Positions 26,570 to 35,285 of a stretch of 37,987 bases of DNA are shown here, in pieces. The notes under the pieces are model-generated. The model had not been told where the DNA came from and searched no databases. It worked only from the letters and a program-made list of their open reading frames with translations. The stretch spans positions 1 to 37,987 of the forward strand of contig JAGTUV010000379.1 of NCBI GenBank assembly GCA_018224305.1, in the 5' to 3' direction. Source of the stretch: Gemmatimonadota bacterium. GTDB lineage: Bacteria > Gemmatimonadota > Gemmatimonadetes > Longimicrobiales > RSA9. The position numbers were made by a program, and so were the translations under genes. The number at the start of each line of letters is the position of its first letter. The stretch's first letter is position 1.

Positions 26570-27130
26570 TCAGGGCAGCCACGTCGTAAGCGTTTCCGCA
26601 GACGCGCGATCCTTTGGCGATGGCACGTCCGCCGGCTCGCCGACGTTCACCACTGCGACGATCCGCTCGCCATCCCGGACGCCCGCCGCCGCACGCGCGG
26701 CAGGGTCCTCCATCACCGCACCACTCTTGATGTGCGTGCCCAGCCCCAGCTCCGCTGCTTGCAACGATAGATTCTGTACCGCCATCATGACCGAAGCGTA
26801 GTCCTCCTCGCGGATCTCCGGGTTCTCGTCCTGCACCATCGCGACGACGACCATGCCCGGCAGATCCGTATGCTGGTGCGCAATCTTGTCGCGCACCAGC
26901 GCCGCTGCGTCCGCATCGGCCATCTTCCGCGCCTTTCGATCTCCCAGCGCCCTGCCGTACGCACTCCGCGCCTCCGGTCCCAGCACATAGAACCGCCACG
27001 GCTGTGTCATGCGATGGTTCGGTGCCAGCACCGCAGCCTCCAGCATCCGCTCGATCTCGTCGCGCTCCACTTCCCGTTCAGTGAACGTCTTGATCGAACG
27101 CCGCTGACGGATCGCTTCTGATGTCTGCAT
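26570..27130 (-). CDS. nitroreductase-family protein
   Basis: IRQRRSIKTF and LAPNHRMTQPWRF motifs. I prefer ATG 27130 over the upstream GTG 27145. Confidence 0.85.
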   Translation of the reverse strand: MQTSEAIRQRRSIKTFTEREVERDEIERMLEAAVLAPNHRMTQPWRFYVLGPEARSAYGRALGDRKARKMADADAAALVRDKIAHQHTDLPGMVVVAMVQDENPEIREEDYASVMMAVQNLSLQAAELGLGTHIKSGAVMEDPAARAAAGVRDGERIVAVVNVGEPADVPSPKDRASAETLTTWLP

Positions 27131-27142
27131 GCCATTCTTCCA

Positions 27143-27205
27143 CACCGGGGATTTCGCTACAGGCGCTATACTGCACCCTCAGCACGCCTGATGCAATCCC
27201 CGGTG
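27143..27205 (-). terminator. compound hairpin: 11-bp perfect outer stem plus 6-bp inner stem
   Basis: The outer stem is CACCGGGGATT (27143-27153) paired with AATCCCCGGTG (27195-27205). The inner stem is CAGGCG paired with CGCCTG. It begins 15 nt after the DUF5916 gene stop and ends 13 nt before the nitroreductase ATG. There is no U-tract. Confidence 0.5.
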
Positions 27206-27220
27206 CGTGCAACCCAATGC

Positions 27221-29788
27221 CTAACGATTGAACCAGTACGCGACCTTCACCAGGAACGTATTGTCCGGGTGCAGTTCCAGCAGATCGCGGTACTCGGCTG
27301 TCCACGTCCGGTCCGATGGTATCTGTCCGGAATCTTGTCTCCCGTGCGCCCACACGACGAACAGCGTCGATCCGGGCATATACTCCCAGCGGGCAACGGC
27401 ATTCGTACGGAGCTGGCGGAAGTTGAACCCCGTGCTCGCTCCGGCGGGCGGGGTGTAGGACGTAAAACGGTCGGCGTACTCGCTGGCGTCCGGCGTTGCA
27501 CTCAGCTCGCGGATATCGGAGTAGGTACCGGTGCTGACGAACGGCTCGGCGTAAAGCTGGAACGACAGGTCGGGTCGTGCCGTGTAGTTCACACGCAGAT
27601 TCATCGACACTGTACGCTGATCGAGATGCGCAAAGCTGTAATGCGTCACGCCCTGATCACTGAAGTTACCGAACCACTGCGTCGCATTCTGATTGTGTGA
27701 GAATGCGGCACCGACGTTCGCCTGCAGGCCCGTCGAGATCTGCATGTTGACACTCGGGTTCAGCCGGACGCTCCGCGTGTGACCGTCGTCGTTGTAGCCG
27801 AGATTGACCCACATCGATGGCACGATCGTGCGGCGGTTGTCGCCGTTTACACCGAACCAGGGGAAAATGCCGCGCGAACGGCGCAGCACGGGACCGCCGC
27901 GTGTGCAGCGGTCACAGTACGTCTCGCCGAGACCGTCGACCGTGCCGCCGGCGTGCAGATTCCAGTTATTGTGCAGCCCCATGTGAGCGTTCCCGTTGAA
28001 CGCCGTCTGGAGCCGCGTACCGGACGTGTTCCAGGTCTGCCAATGGTTGCCGTTGACCTGCAGCCACCGGTATGGACCTCGCGGCGTGTTGAAACGCAGC
28101 GATGCCCACGTGCTCCAGTCCTGCTGGTCTGCACGGCGCAGATAGCCCAGATCGTTCACATCGAAACCCGCCGACTGACGGACGAAACTAGTCTCGAAGC
28201 GCACGATACCGCCGGCGTACTTGCCGAACTTGAGCTGCTCCGCGTGACCGGACAGTGTGGTGCGCGCCGGGTCGAGCTCCAGGTCATCGCTCGGCTGCTG
28301 GTAGTAGTGCACCGCATTCGCCTGCGTCGCTGCGATGGCCTCGGGACTGCCCTCTATGCGAGATGCCGCCAGCGAGCCCGCGATCTCGTATTTGCCGCCG
28401 AACATCCGGTTGCGCACACTGAGACCCGTGGCGTACGCGCTCGAATGCGCGTATGGCCGTGTCCAGTCGTCGAGCGCGCGATTCACTCCGGTCGCAATCA
28501 GGCGCACTCCCGCTTCACCTCCACGCAGATCCTGTTCAGCACTCACCACTGCGTAGTTCGTCCGCGGCTCGACCGTGGCGCCATCCGCGCCCTCGACATG
28601 CTGGGTCACGGCATCCAGGAATCCGAACGACAACCCGCCGCCCGTGCGCCCTGTCAACTTCGCCGCCGTCGCGATCGGTGTGGATGTCGGCGTAGACGCA
28701 TTGCCAAACGCATTACGCAGGAACGGAGACCGGCCGATTCGCCGCGAATAGAAGAGACCCTCGTTCGTACTGCAATCCACGACGATGTAGCAGTTCAGTG
28801 CGAAGCGGTACAATCCCGTGCCTTCCACGAAGAATGGTCTCCGCTCGCCCAGGAACGTTTCGAACGCCCCCAGGTTCAGCACGGCTGGATCCGCTTCCAC
28901 CTGACCGAAGTCCGGATTCACCGTAGCGTCGAGCGTGACGTTCGGCGTGATCCGGAACTTGAGGTCGGCACCGAGCGTGAGCTTCTGCGCGCGCTCGAAA
29001 CCGCCGGCATCCGCAGCGCGCGTCTCGCTCTGAGCCACCGTGTACGGAGTGAGTTCGAGCGAGCGCGAGCTGGTGATGCCTTCCAGCCCTGTGAGCGTAC
29101 CCATCTGCGAGGCCATGCCGTTCACGTTCCGGCTGATCAGCGGCCAGCCGATACGCTCCTTGTATCGCTCGATGTCGCGGAACACGCCGAAACCGAATGT
29201 GTGGCTATCTCCATCGGCATAGCGCAGCTGCGACAACGGGATGCGAAATTCGGCCGCCCACCCCAGTGAATCGACTACCGTGGCGACTTCCCACACCCCG
29301 TTCCACGAGCCGTCCTCGTGGCCGTCGTTGTACACGGCGTAATCCCGCTTCACGCCATCCGGATTGATGGCGAACTGGAAGCCGGTCCGCCTGTCGTTGT
29401 ACGAATCGACGAAGACGACGATCTGATCCGATGGCCCGCGCACATCGCGGCGTGACAGTGCACGCATGATGCTGTCCGGATGCGGATCATGCGCGCGCAC
29501 GTAGACGTAAAGATTCCATTCGTCGTACGCGACCTGGAACTCGGTCTCGAAGGAAGGGGGCGCATTGTCGAGTGGATCCCATTGCCTGAAACCCGACTCG
29601 CGCACGGCGGTGCGCCACACGGCATCGGTATTCCGGCCGTCGATCACAGGCTCGGCCGCCGCGCGCTCCGCCACCACCGTTCTCGTCAGCCCCGCTGTCG
29701 CGGGCCCAGGCTCCGGGGCGGGGGCCGGCTGCTGCGCTTGTATCTGGATCGCCACCGCAAGCGCGGTCACGGCAGTGAAAAGAACCAT
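27221..29788 (-). CDS. CBM9-like domain + DUF5916-type outer-membrane beta-barrel protein
   Basis: Signal peptide, then an N-terminal PVIDGRNTDAVWRTA...FQVAYDEWNLYVYVRAHD region (CBM9-like). A long beta-strand-rich C-terminal region ends in VKVAYWFNR. The family assignment is from memory. Confidence 0.65.
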   Translation of the reverse strand: MVLFTAVTALAVAIQIQAQQPAPAPEPGPATAGLTRTVVAERAAAEPVIDGRNTDAVWRTAVRESGFRQWDPLDNAPPSFETEFQVAYDEWNLYVYVRAHDPHPDSIMRALSRRDVRGPSDQIVVFVDSYNDRRTGFQFAINPDGVKRDYAVYNDGHEDGSWNGVWEVATVVDSLGWAAEFRIPLSQLRYADGDSHTFGFGVFRDIERYKERIGWPLISRNVNGMASQMGTLTGLEGITSSRSLELTPYTVAQSETRAADAGGFERAQKLTLGADLKFRITPNVTLDATVNPDFGQVEADPAVLNLGAFETFLGERRPFFVEGTGLYRFALNCYIVVDCSTNEGLFYSRRIGRSPFLRNAFGNASTPTSTPIATAAKLTGRTGGGLSFGFLDAVTQHVEGADGATVEPRTNYAVVSAEQDLRGGEAGVRLIATGVNRALDDWTRPYAHSSAYATGLSVRNRMFGGKYEIAGSLAASRIEGSPEAIAATQANAVHYYQQPSDDLELDPARTTLSGHAEQLKFGKYAGGIVRFETSFVRQSAGFDVNDLGYLRRADQQDWSTWASLRFNTPRGPYRWLQVNGNHWQTWNTSGTRLQTAFNGNAHMGLHNNWNLHAGGTVDGLGETYCDRCTRGGPVLRRSRGIFPWFGVNGDNRRTIVPSMWVNLGYNDDGHTRSVRLNPSVNMQISTGLQANVGAAFSHNQNATQWFGNFSDQGVTHYSFAHLDQRTVSMNLRVNYTARPDLSFQLYAEPFVSTGTYSDIRELSATPDASEYADRFTSYTPPAGASTGFNFRQLRTNAVARWEYMPGSTLFVVWAHGRQDSGQIPSDRTWTAEYRDLLELHPDNTFLVKVAYWFNR

Positions 29789-29890
29789 GGTATCCCGTCC
29801 GGTTGAGGTGTTGCCCCCTTGGACGGGTCATGCGCGAGATCGGTTGCAGCCCCTGGGCCGAATCGCCCGGGTGGTGGGACGAACCTACCC

Positions 29891-29930
29891 GATCGCTGGA
29901 GCGGAAGCGTATGTTCCGCTCCTGCGATCG
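29891..29930 (-). terminator. 16-bp stem (one mismatch), 7-nt loop hairpin
   Basis: The stem is GATCGCTGGAGCGGAA gcgtatg TTCCGCTCCTGCGATC. It lies 13 nt downstream of the SRPBCC gene stop. There is no U-tract. Confidence 0.6.
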
Positions 29931-29943
29931 ACCACCCGCATCC

Positions 29944-30426
29944 CTATGCCTCCAGACTCCGAAGCATCTCGCCCGTGCCCAGATAGTGGTTCAATCGATC
30001 CTGCCATGTTTGCATGAACTCTCTGAACTGTTGCGCCGTCAGCGCGCTAACGGCTGCCTCGCCCACCTGACTCAGTGCAGTGTGCTGGTAGCTGATATCT
30101 GCGGTACACGTGCTGTCCGTGTCCCGCCGAACCGCGATGACGATCCGCGTGACCGTCACGCCCGGCGTCGTCTTGATGAACTCAATCCGGCCGCTGGGCG
30201 GATCATATTCTGTGACGACCCATATCGCGGTCTCCGCCCCGCTGCCCGTGAGGAACATGCAATCGCGTTCCGCGACGCCTGATTCCGTGATGACGAGCGA
30301 TGGACTCCAACCCTCGATCCAGTCCGCTTCCCTGACCGGACACAACAGCGGGACAACATGATCCGCCGACGCGCGCAGATGCTGCGTGTACGTGTGTGCA
30401 ACTCGGACGGGTTTCGTGATGTTCAT
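29944..30426 (-). CDS. SRPBCC (START/Bet v1-like) superfamily protein, tentative
   Basis: 160 aa with a size and alternating beta/long-C-terminal-helix pattern typical of the fold. ATGA overlap with the upstream VOC gene. I recognise no diagnostic motif. Confidence 0.45.
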   Translation of the reverse strand: MNITKPVRVAHTYTQHLRASADHVVPLLCPVREADWIEGWSPSLVITESGVAERDCMFLTGSGAETAIWVVTEYDPPSGRIEFIKTTPGVTVTRIVIAVRRDTDSTCTADISYQHTALSQVGEAAVSALTAQQFREFMQTWQDRLNHYLGTGEMLRSLEA

Positions 30427-30980
30427 TGAGTCTTCCTGATTGCGCGATTCGTCGGCTGTCCGTCGATCGAGTCGATCAGCGAACGCCCGAGTCCGCCCCA
30501 GATCGACGGCGGGGCCAGCTCGACGCTGTTGCCGGCAGGATCGCGCACGTAGAGCGACGCGCCGCCTTCATCCCATTCGATCTCACGCTCGATCGCGACA
30601 TGGTGACGCGCGAGGTGATCACGCCACGCACCCCGCTCGTCGCTCTCGATGATGAAGGCGAAATGACCGGCGCCATCGGCGCCATGCTCCGGGATCTGAC
30701 CCTTCTCGCGCGTGAGTTCGGGGTTGAAGAGCAGGAGCGTCGAATGGCCGCAGCGCAGAGCCGTGAGCCGGTCGCCGCCTCGCATGATCAGCTCCAGCCC
30801 GAACACGTCGCAATAGAACCGCTCCAGTGCCTTCAGGTCGGATCCGTACACTGCGAACTCCAGTAGAGCCCGAACGGGGTATCGAGGCGCCAGAGCGCGC
30901 GCCCCGTGTATCAGACCGGGGGCCTTCCCTGCGTCGCCGCATTCGACTCCCTGCGCCGTACGATGCGGTTGATCAGCCAC
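30423..30980 (-). CDS. VOC-family (glyoxalase/bleomycin-resistance/dioxygenase) protein
   Basis: LERFYCDVFGLEL ... GAGHFAFII ... SLYVRDPAGNSVEL pattern. GTG start at 30980 overlaps the M23 stop by 8 nt (GTGGCTGA), so the true start is uncertain. Confidence 0.75.
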   Translation of the reverse strand: MADQPHRTAQGVECGDAGKAPGLIHGARALAPRYPVRALLEFAVYGSDLKALERFYCDVFGLELIMRGGDRLTALRCGHSTLLLFNPELTREKGQIPEHGADGAGHFAFIIESDERGAWRDHLARHHVAIEREIEWDEGGASLYVRDPAGNSVELAPPSIWGGLGRSLIDSIDGQPTNRAIRKTQ

Positions 30981-31629
30981 GCGCGCGGAGCAGCAGCGGA
31001 TACGGGTTGTGTGGCCTCGCCGCGTGATACTGCTGCGGCACCGGCATCGTCAGGACTTCGAAATGGAGATGGTAATTACCCGGCCCGGCATTGCCCGTGT
31101 CACCCACGTATCCGATGACGTCCCCCTGCCGCACAGCGATACCCGCACGCACACCATCGGCATACCGAAGCAGATGTGCGTAATAGAACACGGTCCGGCC
31201 ATCCGGCGCACGCAGATACAGCGTGATGCCGCCACTGTCGTGGTCGGTCAGCCGCAGGATCTCGCCATCCGTGACTGCAACAACCGGCGTGCCTCGCACG
31301 GCGCGGATATCGATCCCGTCGTGACGCCGGTCCGGGCCACGAATCTGTGCAAACGTGTCCACCAGATCGGTCGGGTCCACGCCCGCAACAGGCATGATCA
31401 ATTGCCGGGACACGGACCACTTCCACCCCAGTAGCGGGTCACCGGCGGGATGGACGGCTGGATCGAGAGTGGGCGACATCAGCATGGCCTGCGGCCGGAC
31501 CGCCGCCGAACCCGAAACGGGATCGCCGGTGATGTCGACCGATCTGCGATGCGCCGACGATACCACCACGGCGGCAATCAGCGCGGCGAAGACCGTTGCG
31601 CCCCATGAACTCTTTGACTTGAAACCCAT
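30973..31629 (-). CDS. M23-family metallopeptidase (membrane-anchored/secreted)
   Basis: HxxxD (RRHDGIDI) and HxH (GNYHLHFEV) motifs with an N-terminal anchor WGATVFAALIAAVVVSS. I set the start to ATG 31629 (MGFKSKSS). Confidence 0.88.
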   Translation of the reverse strand: MGFKSKSSWGATVFAALIAAVVVSSAHRRSVDITGDPVSGSAAVRPQAMLMSPTLDPAVHPAGDPLLGWKWSVSRQLIMPVAGVDPTDLVDTFAQIRGPDRRHDGIDIRAVRGTPVVAVTDGEILRLTDHDSGGITLYLRAPDGRTVFYYAHLLRYADGVRAGIAVRQGDVIGYVGDTGNAGPGNYHLHFEVLTMPVPQQYHAARPHNPYPLLLRARG

Positions 31630-31887
31630 CGTTGTCCGTATCCTGTGAGCATCTGTCGCACCGCGATTCCGCCGAAGCGGGCCAGCCGATTGCCAGAAAC
31701 GTGCCCTGTCGTACCGCGGCCACGATGACCGCCTGATCGCGCCGAACAGATGCGTGTGGATCCTGCTGCGCAGTCGATCCGACACCCGCTTGCACCGTAC
31801 CGCGCCCGCGATCATGTTTTCGCATGCACCGTTCGCGTTCGCCATGACGAGCGCGGACCCGGCCTCGTTCCCCGCTAATGGTAACAC

Positions 31888-34263
31888 ATGCGACGTCGAA
31901 TTCTCCACGTTTCCGTGATCTGCCTGATTGTAGCGGAACCTGCAGCGGGGCAGGTCTCCCGCAGTCTCATGCCGATTCCATTCGAGAACTCAGCGGAATT
32001 TACGTGGCTGGGCAAGACTGTACATGCGGGCCGGCCGCTGGATGACATGACGGACGCCGCGACGTGGACGTTTACCGGCACCGGGACACTGACGTTCCCC
32101 GCAACGCCCCGCATGATTGACATGCGCGTGCTGCGCGTCGAGATGCAAATGTTCAGCGACACGCCGGCCGCCACGCGCAACCGCCTGTCCAGCATCAATC
32201 TCAGGCGACCGTTCGCCGGCGAGGACTGGAGCGGCTACAACCGTCTGTCCATGTGGATACGTCCGGAAGTGTCGGGATTTCCAATGCTCCCGCTGCAGAT
32301 CGTCCTGCACAACGATGGAGTGGAGAAGGTACCGGATGCGTACTACCGCGAGGGCATCCACTACGTGACCCTCGAAGATGGTGTGTGGCAGCAGATCGTA
32401 TGGGAGATCGAGCCCCTTGCGCGTGACCGTGTAACCATGATCGAGTTCGGGTACTGGGTCAACAAAATGCTCGCTGCCCCGGACGATCGTGTGGCATTCG
32501 AGATCGGCGGCATCGAACTCCAGCGCGTCGATCCGGACCACCACACCGGCTGGAACGTTGCATCCTCTCATATCGCGTTCAGCCATACGGGCTACCACGC
32601 CGGCTTCACCAAGACCGCTGTTGCAGATGACCTGACCGCCTCGGAGTTCCAGCTGGTCCGCGTCAATGCCAGCGCGCTGGGCGCCGTGGTACTGCGGAAG
32701 CCGATTCAGAAGATGAGCACCCGCGTCGGTGACTTCCAGGAGTTCGACTTCTCGGAGATCGACGAGCCGGGCAGTTACATCATTCGTGTGGGTGACACGC
32801 ACAGCCGCCCGTTCAGCATTGGCGACGATGTATGGCAGCCGACGATCTGGAAGGCGCTGAATTTCTTCTATGGTAACCGCTGCGGCTTCGCGGTACCGGG
32901 ATCCCACGCCGTCGATCACCTGGACTGGTTCGCTGTGCACGGCGATCAGAGGATTGTCATGAGCGGCGGCTGGCACGACGCGGGCGACCTGTCGCAAGGT
33001 TTGATCAACACGGGCGAAGCGACGTATGCTCTGTTCGCGCTCGCGGAAAAGCTGCAGCAGCGCGGAGATGATCCCGCTCTCCTTGCGCGTGTGCTCGAGG
33101 AGGCGCGGTGGGGTCTGGACTGGGTGCTCCGCGTACGGTTTCCGGGCGGCTACCGCGTGGGGTTCGCCAGCCACAACCTCTGGACAAACAATATCATCGG
33201 CGATGCCGACGATCGGGTGGTCGCGCCGAAGAACAATCCCAATGTCAACTACATTGCCGCGGCTGCCGCTGCGATCGCTGCGCGCGTGCTCGCGGACATT
33301 GATCCGGAGCTGGCAGCCCGCAGCCTGCGCATTGCGGAAGATGACTGGAGTCACGCAGTCGTCGGCATAGAGTCGGCCGAGACTCGGCACACACCCGCGT
33401 TCGCCGCCACGCGCATGGAGCTGGCGTCCATCGGTGCCACGGCATCGCTCGAGCTATTCAAGGCGACAGGGAAACAGCAGTACGCCGGCAAGGCGGTGGA
33501 ACTCGCTCGCATCATCGTCGCGTCACAGCAGGAGACACCGGTGGGCAGCCACTTCCCACTGGTCGGCTTCTTCCACACCGGCCCCGACCGCGACACGATC
33601 TTTCACCAGTTCCACCGGGGCAACGACCAGGCGCCGATCGTCGCCCTGTCGCAGTTGATCGAGCTGCTCCCTGATCATCGCGACAGCGGATCGTGGCTCG
33701 CAGCAATCGACCTGTACCTGGCGTATCAGAAGCGCATCGCGACGACAACGGCGCCCTACAACGTGCTTCCGGCATACGTCTACCGCCTCGGCGATGAGAT
33801 TCATGTACCGGAGGAGGGCGGCCTGCACGGTGCTTCCCGCGAGTCATATCGCGCGCAGGTGCTCGAAGGCATGGCAATGGGCGACGGCTGGTATCTGCGC
33901 GCGTTCCCGGTGTGGTTCGCGCGGCGCGGCAACTATGGCATCCTGCTGTCGCAGGCGAAGGCGCTGTCCACCGGCGCTCTCGTGCGCGGCGACAGTGCCG
34001 CGCTCGACCTGGCGCACCGGCAGGCGCAGTGGCTGGTCGGACGCAACCCATTCGTCCAGAGCATGATGTACGGCGAGGGCTATGACTGGGCGCAGCAGTA
34101 CAGTGTGTCGAGTGGTGACTTCGTCGGCTCCCTGCCGGTAGGAATGCAGAGCCGCGGCGTTACTGACCTGCCGTACTGGCCGTCGCAGAACACCTACGTG
34201 TACAAGGAGGTGTGGGTGCACTCGACCAGCCGCTGGCTATGGCTGATGGCCGACCTGCTCTAA
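31888..34263 (+). CDS. glycoside hydrolase family 9-like enzyme with N-terminal beta-sandwich and Ig-like (CelD_N-type) domains
   Basis: Signal peptide, then an Ig-like segment FQLVRVN...DFSEIDEPGSYIIRVGDTHSRPFSIGDDVW, then the GH9 motif GGWHDAGD, and a C-terminal YKEVWV (candidate acid Glu). Confidence 0.8.
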   Translation: MRRRILHVSVICLIVAEPAAGQVSRSLMPIPFENSAEFTWLGKTVHAGRPLDDMTDAATWTFTGTGTLTFPATPRMIDMRVLRVEMQMFSDTPAATRNRLSSINLRRPFAGEDWSGYNRLSMWIRPEVSGFPMLPLQIVLHNDGVEKVPDAYYREGIHYVTLEDGVWQQIVWEIEPLARDRVTMIEFGYWVNKMLAAPDDRVAFEIGGIELQRVDPDHHTGWNVASSHIAFSHTGYHAGFTKTAVADDLTASEFQLVRVNASALGAVVLRKPIQKMSTRVGDFQEFDFSEIDEPGSYIIRVGDTHSRPFSIGDDVWQPTIWKALNFFYGNRCGFAVPGSHAVDHLDWFAVHGDQRIVMSGGWHDAGDLSQGLINTGEATYALFALAEKLQQRGDDPALLARVLEEARWGLDWVLRVRFPGGYRVGFASHNLWTNNIIGDADDRVVAPKNNPNVNYIAAAAAAIAARVLADIDPELAARSLRIAEDDWSHAVVGIESAETRHTPAFAATRMELASIGATASLELFKATGKQQYAGKAVELARIIVASQQETPVGSHFPLVGFFHTGPDRDTIFHQFHRGNDQAPIVALSQLIELLPDHRDSGSWLAAIDLYLAYQKRIATTTAPYNVLPAYVYRLGDEIHVPEEGGLHGASRESYRAQVLEGMAMGDGWYLRAFPVWFARRGNYGILLSQAKALSTGALVRGDSAALDLAHRQAQWLVGRNPFVQSMMYGEGYDWAQQYSVSSGDFVGSLPVGMQSRGVTDLPYWPSQNTYVYKEVWVHSTSRWLWLMADLL

Positions 34264-34413
34264 CCAGAGACGCATGGTCACGGCTGCATCGCCACCTCGC
34301 AACGACCGTTACACCATCCGGATGCGCCTCTGCCGTTTCACCGCGCGCCCCGCGTGTACACCGCCTCGACGGCGAGCGCCCCCTCCACACCATGAACGCC
34401 TGTGGGCATCGCA

Positions 34414-35283
34414 CTATCGTATCCGCAATATGACACGCGTCCACACGGGCAAGTGGTCGCTCGCGCCGCGGCTGTCACGCACCGTACCTGCTGCCGCCGA
34501 ATCGGGTGTCGGCAGATTCTTCAGGAAGATGTGATCGACCCTGCCGAACAGCATGGTGTTCGGGCCGTACTGCGTCGGCCAGGTGAACCCGTACGCGCCG
34601 GCCGTCGGACCGATCCGACCGTCGTTCATGTCGCCGCCGATGATCGCCCGTGCATACGGCTGCGCGTCCTCGAGGATGGTCCGAAGCTGCTCCTGGCGCG
34701 CACCAGGACCGATCTCGAAGAACGTACCGAGGTGCGTCGCATACGCACGCACCTCGGTCATGCCGACACGGATCGTGGCCGCCGTCGCAGTCCTGTGCGT
34801 CCTCTGGAATCGTGCTGTGTGGGGCAGCGTGATGCGCTCGTGCCCCACGATCGGCCACCGCGAGAGAACGGCATTACCGAAGTCACGACCTGTTCGCACG
34901 TGATGCACAGCTGGATAGTACGCGTAGTACATGCCGAGTGCGTCCGCAATCAGCCAGGTGCCGTTCTCGTCCATCTCGGTCAGCAGCAGGATGTCGGCAT
35001 CGGTCAGGTCCGGCTCGCTGACGAGGAGGTCTATCGCCCGATCGATCCGCTGCGAATACCTGATGTTGAACGCAACGACCAGCAGTGTATCGACACCGGT
35101 GCTGACCGCAGCCGGGCGTGACGGCTCACCCTCGTACCGCGGCACATCTGGCGTCGCGTAGTTACGACCGGTCCGGCAGCCGGTGACCAGCAGAACGCCG
35201 AGCAGGACTGACCACGCAGCGCGACGAACGCTCGCCGATCCCGGTACACGCACCTGAGCGCTCGCACGCCAGGATACCCGCAT
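34414..35283 (-). CDS. endonuclease/exonuclease/phosphatase (EEP) family lipoprotein
   Basis: Lipobox LLVTGC plus VVAFNIRY, LLLTEMDE, IIGGDMND and ASDHLPVW motifs. I set the start to ATG 35283, 2 nt after the upstream stop. Confidence 0.88.
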   Translation of the reverse strand: MRVSWRASAQVRVPGSASVRRAAWSVLLGVLLVTGCRTGRNYATPDVPRYEGEPSRPAAVSTGVDTLLVVAFNIRYSQRIDRAIDLLVSEPDLTDADILLLTEMDENGTWLIADALGMYYAYYPAVHHVRTGRDFGNAVLSRWPIVGHERITLPHTARFQRTHRTATAATIRVGMTEVRAYATHLGTFFEIGPGARQEQLRTILEDAQPYARAIIGGDMNDGRIGPTAGAYGFTWPTQYGPNTMLFGRVDHIFLKNLPTPDSAAAGTVRDSRGASDHLPVWTRVILRIR

Positions 35284-35285
35284 CG

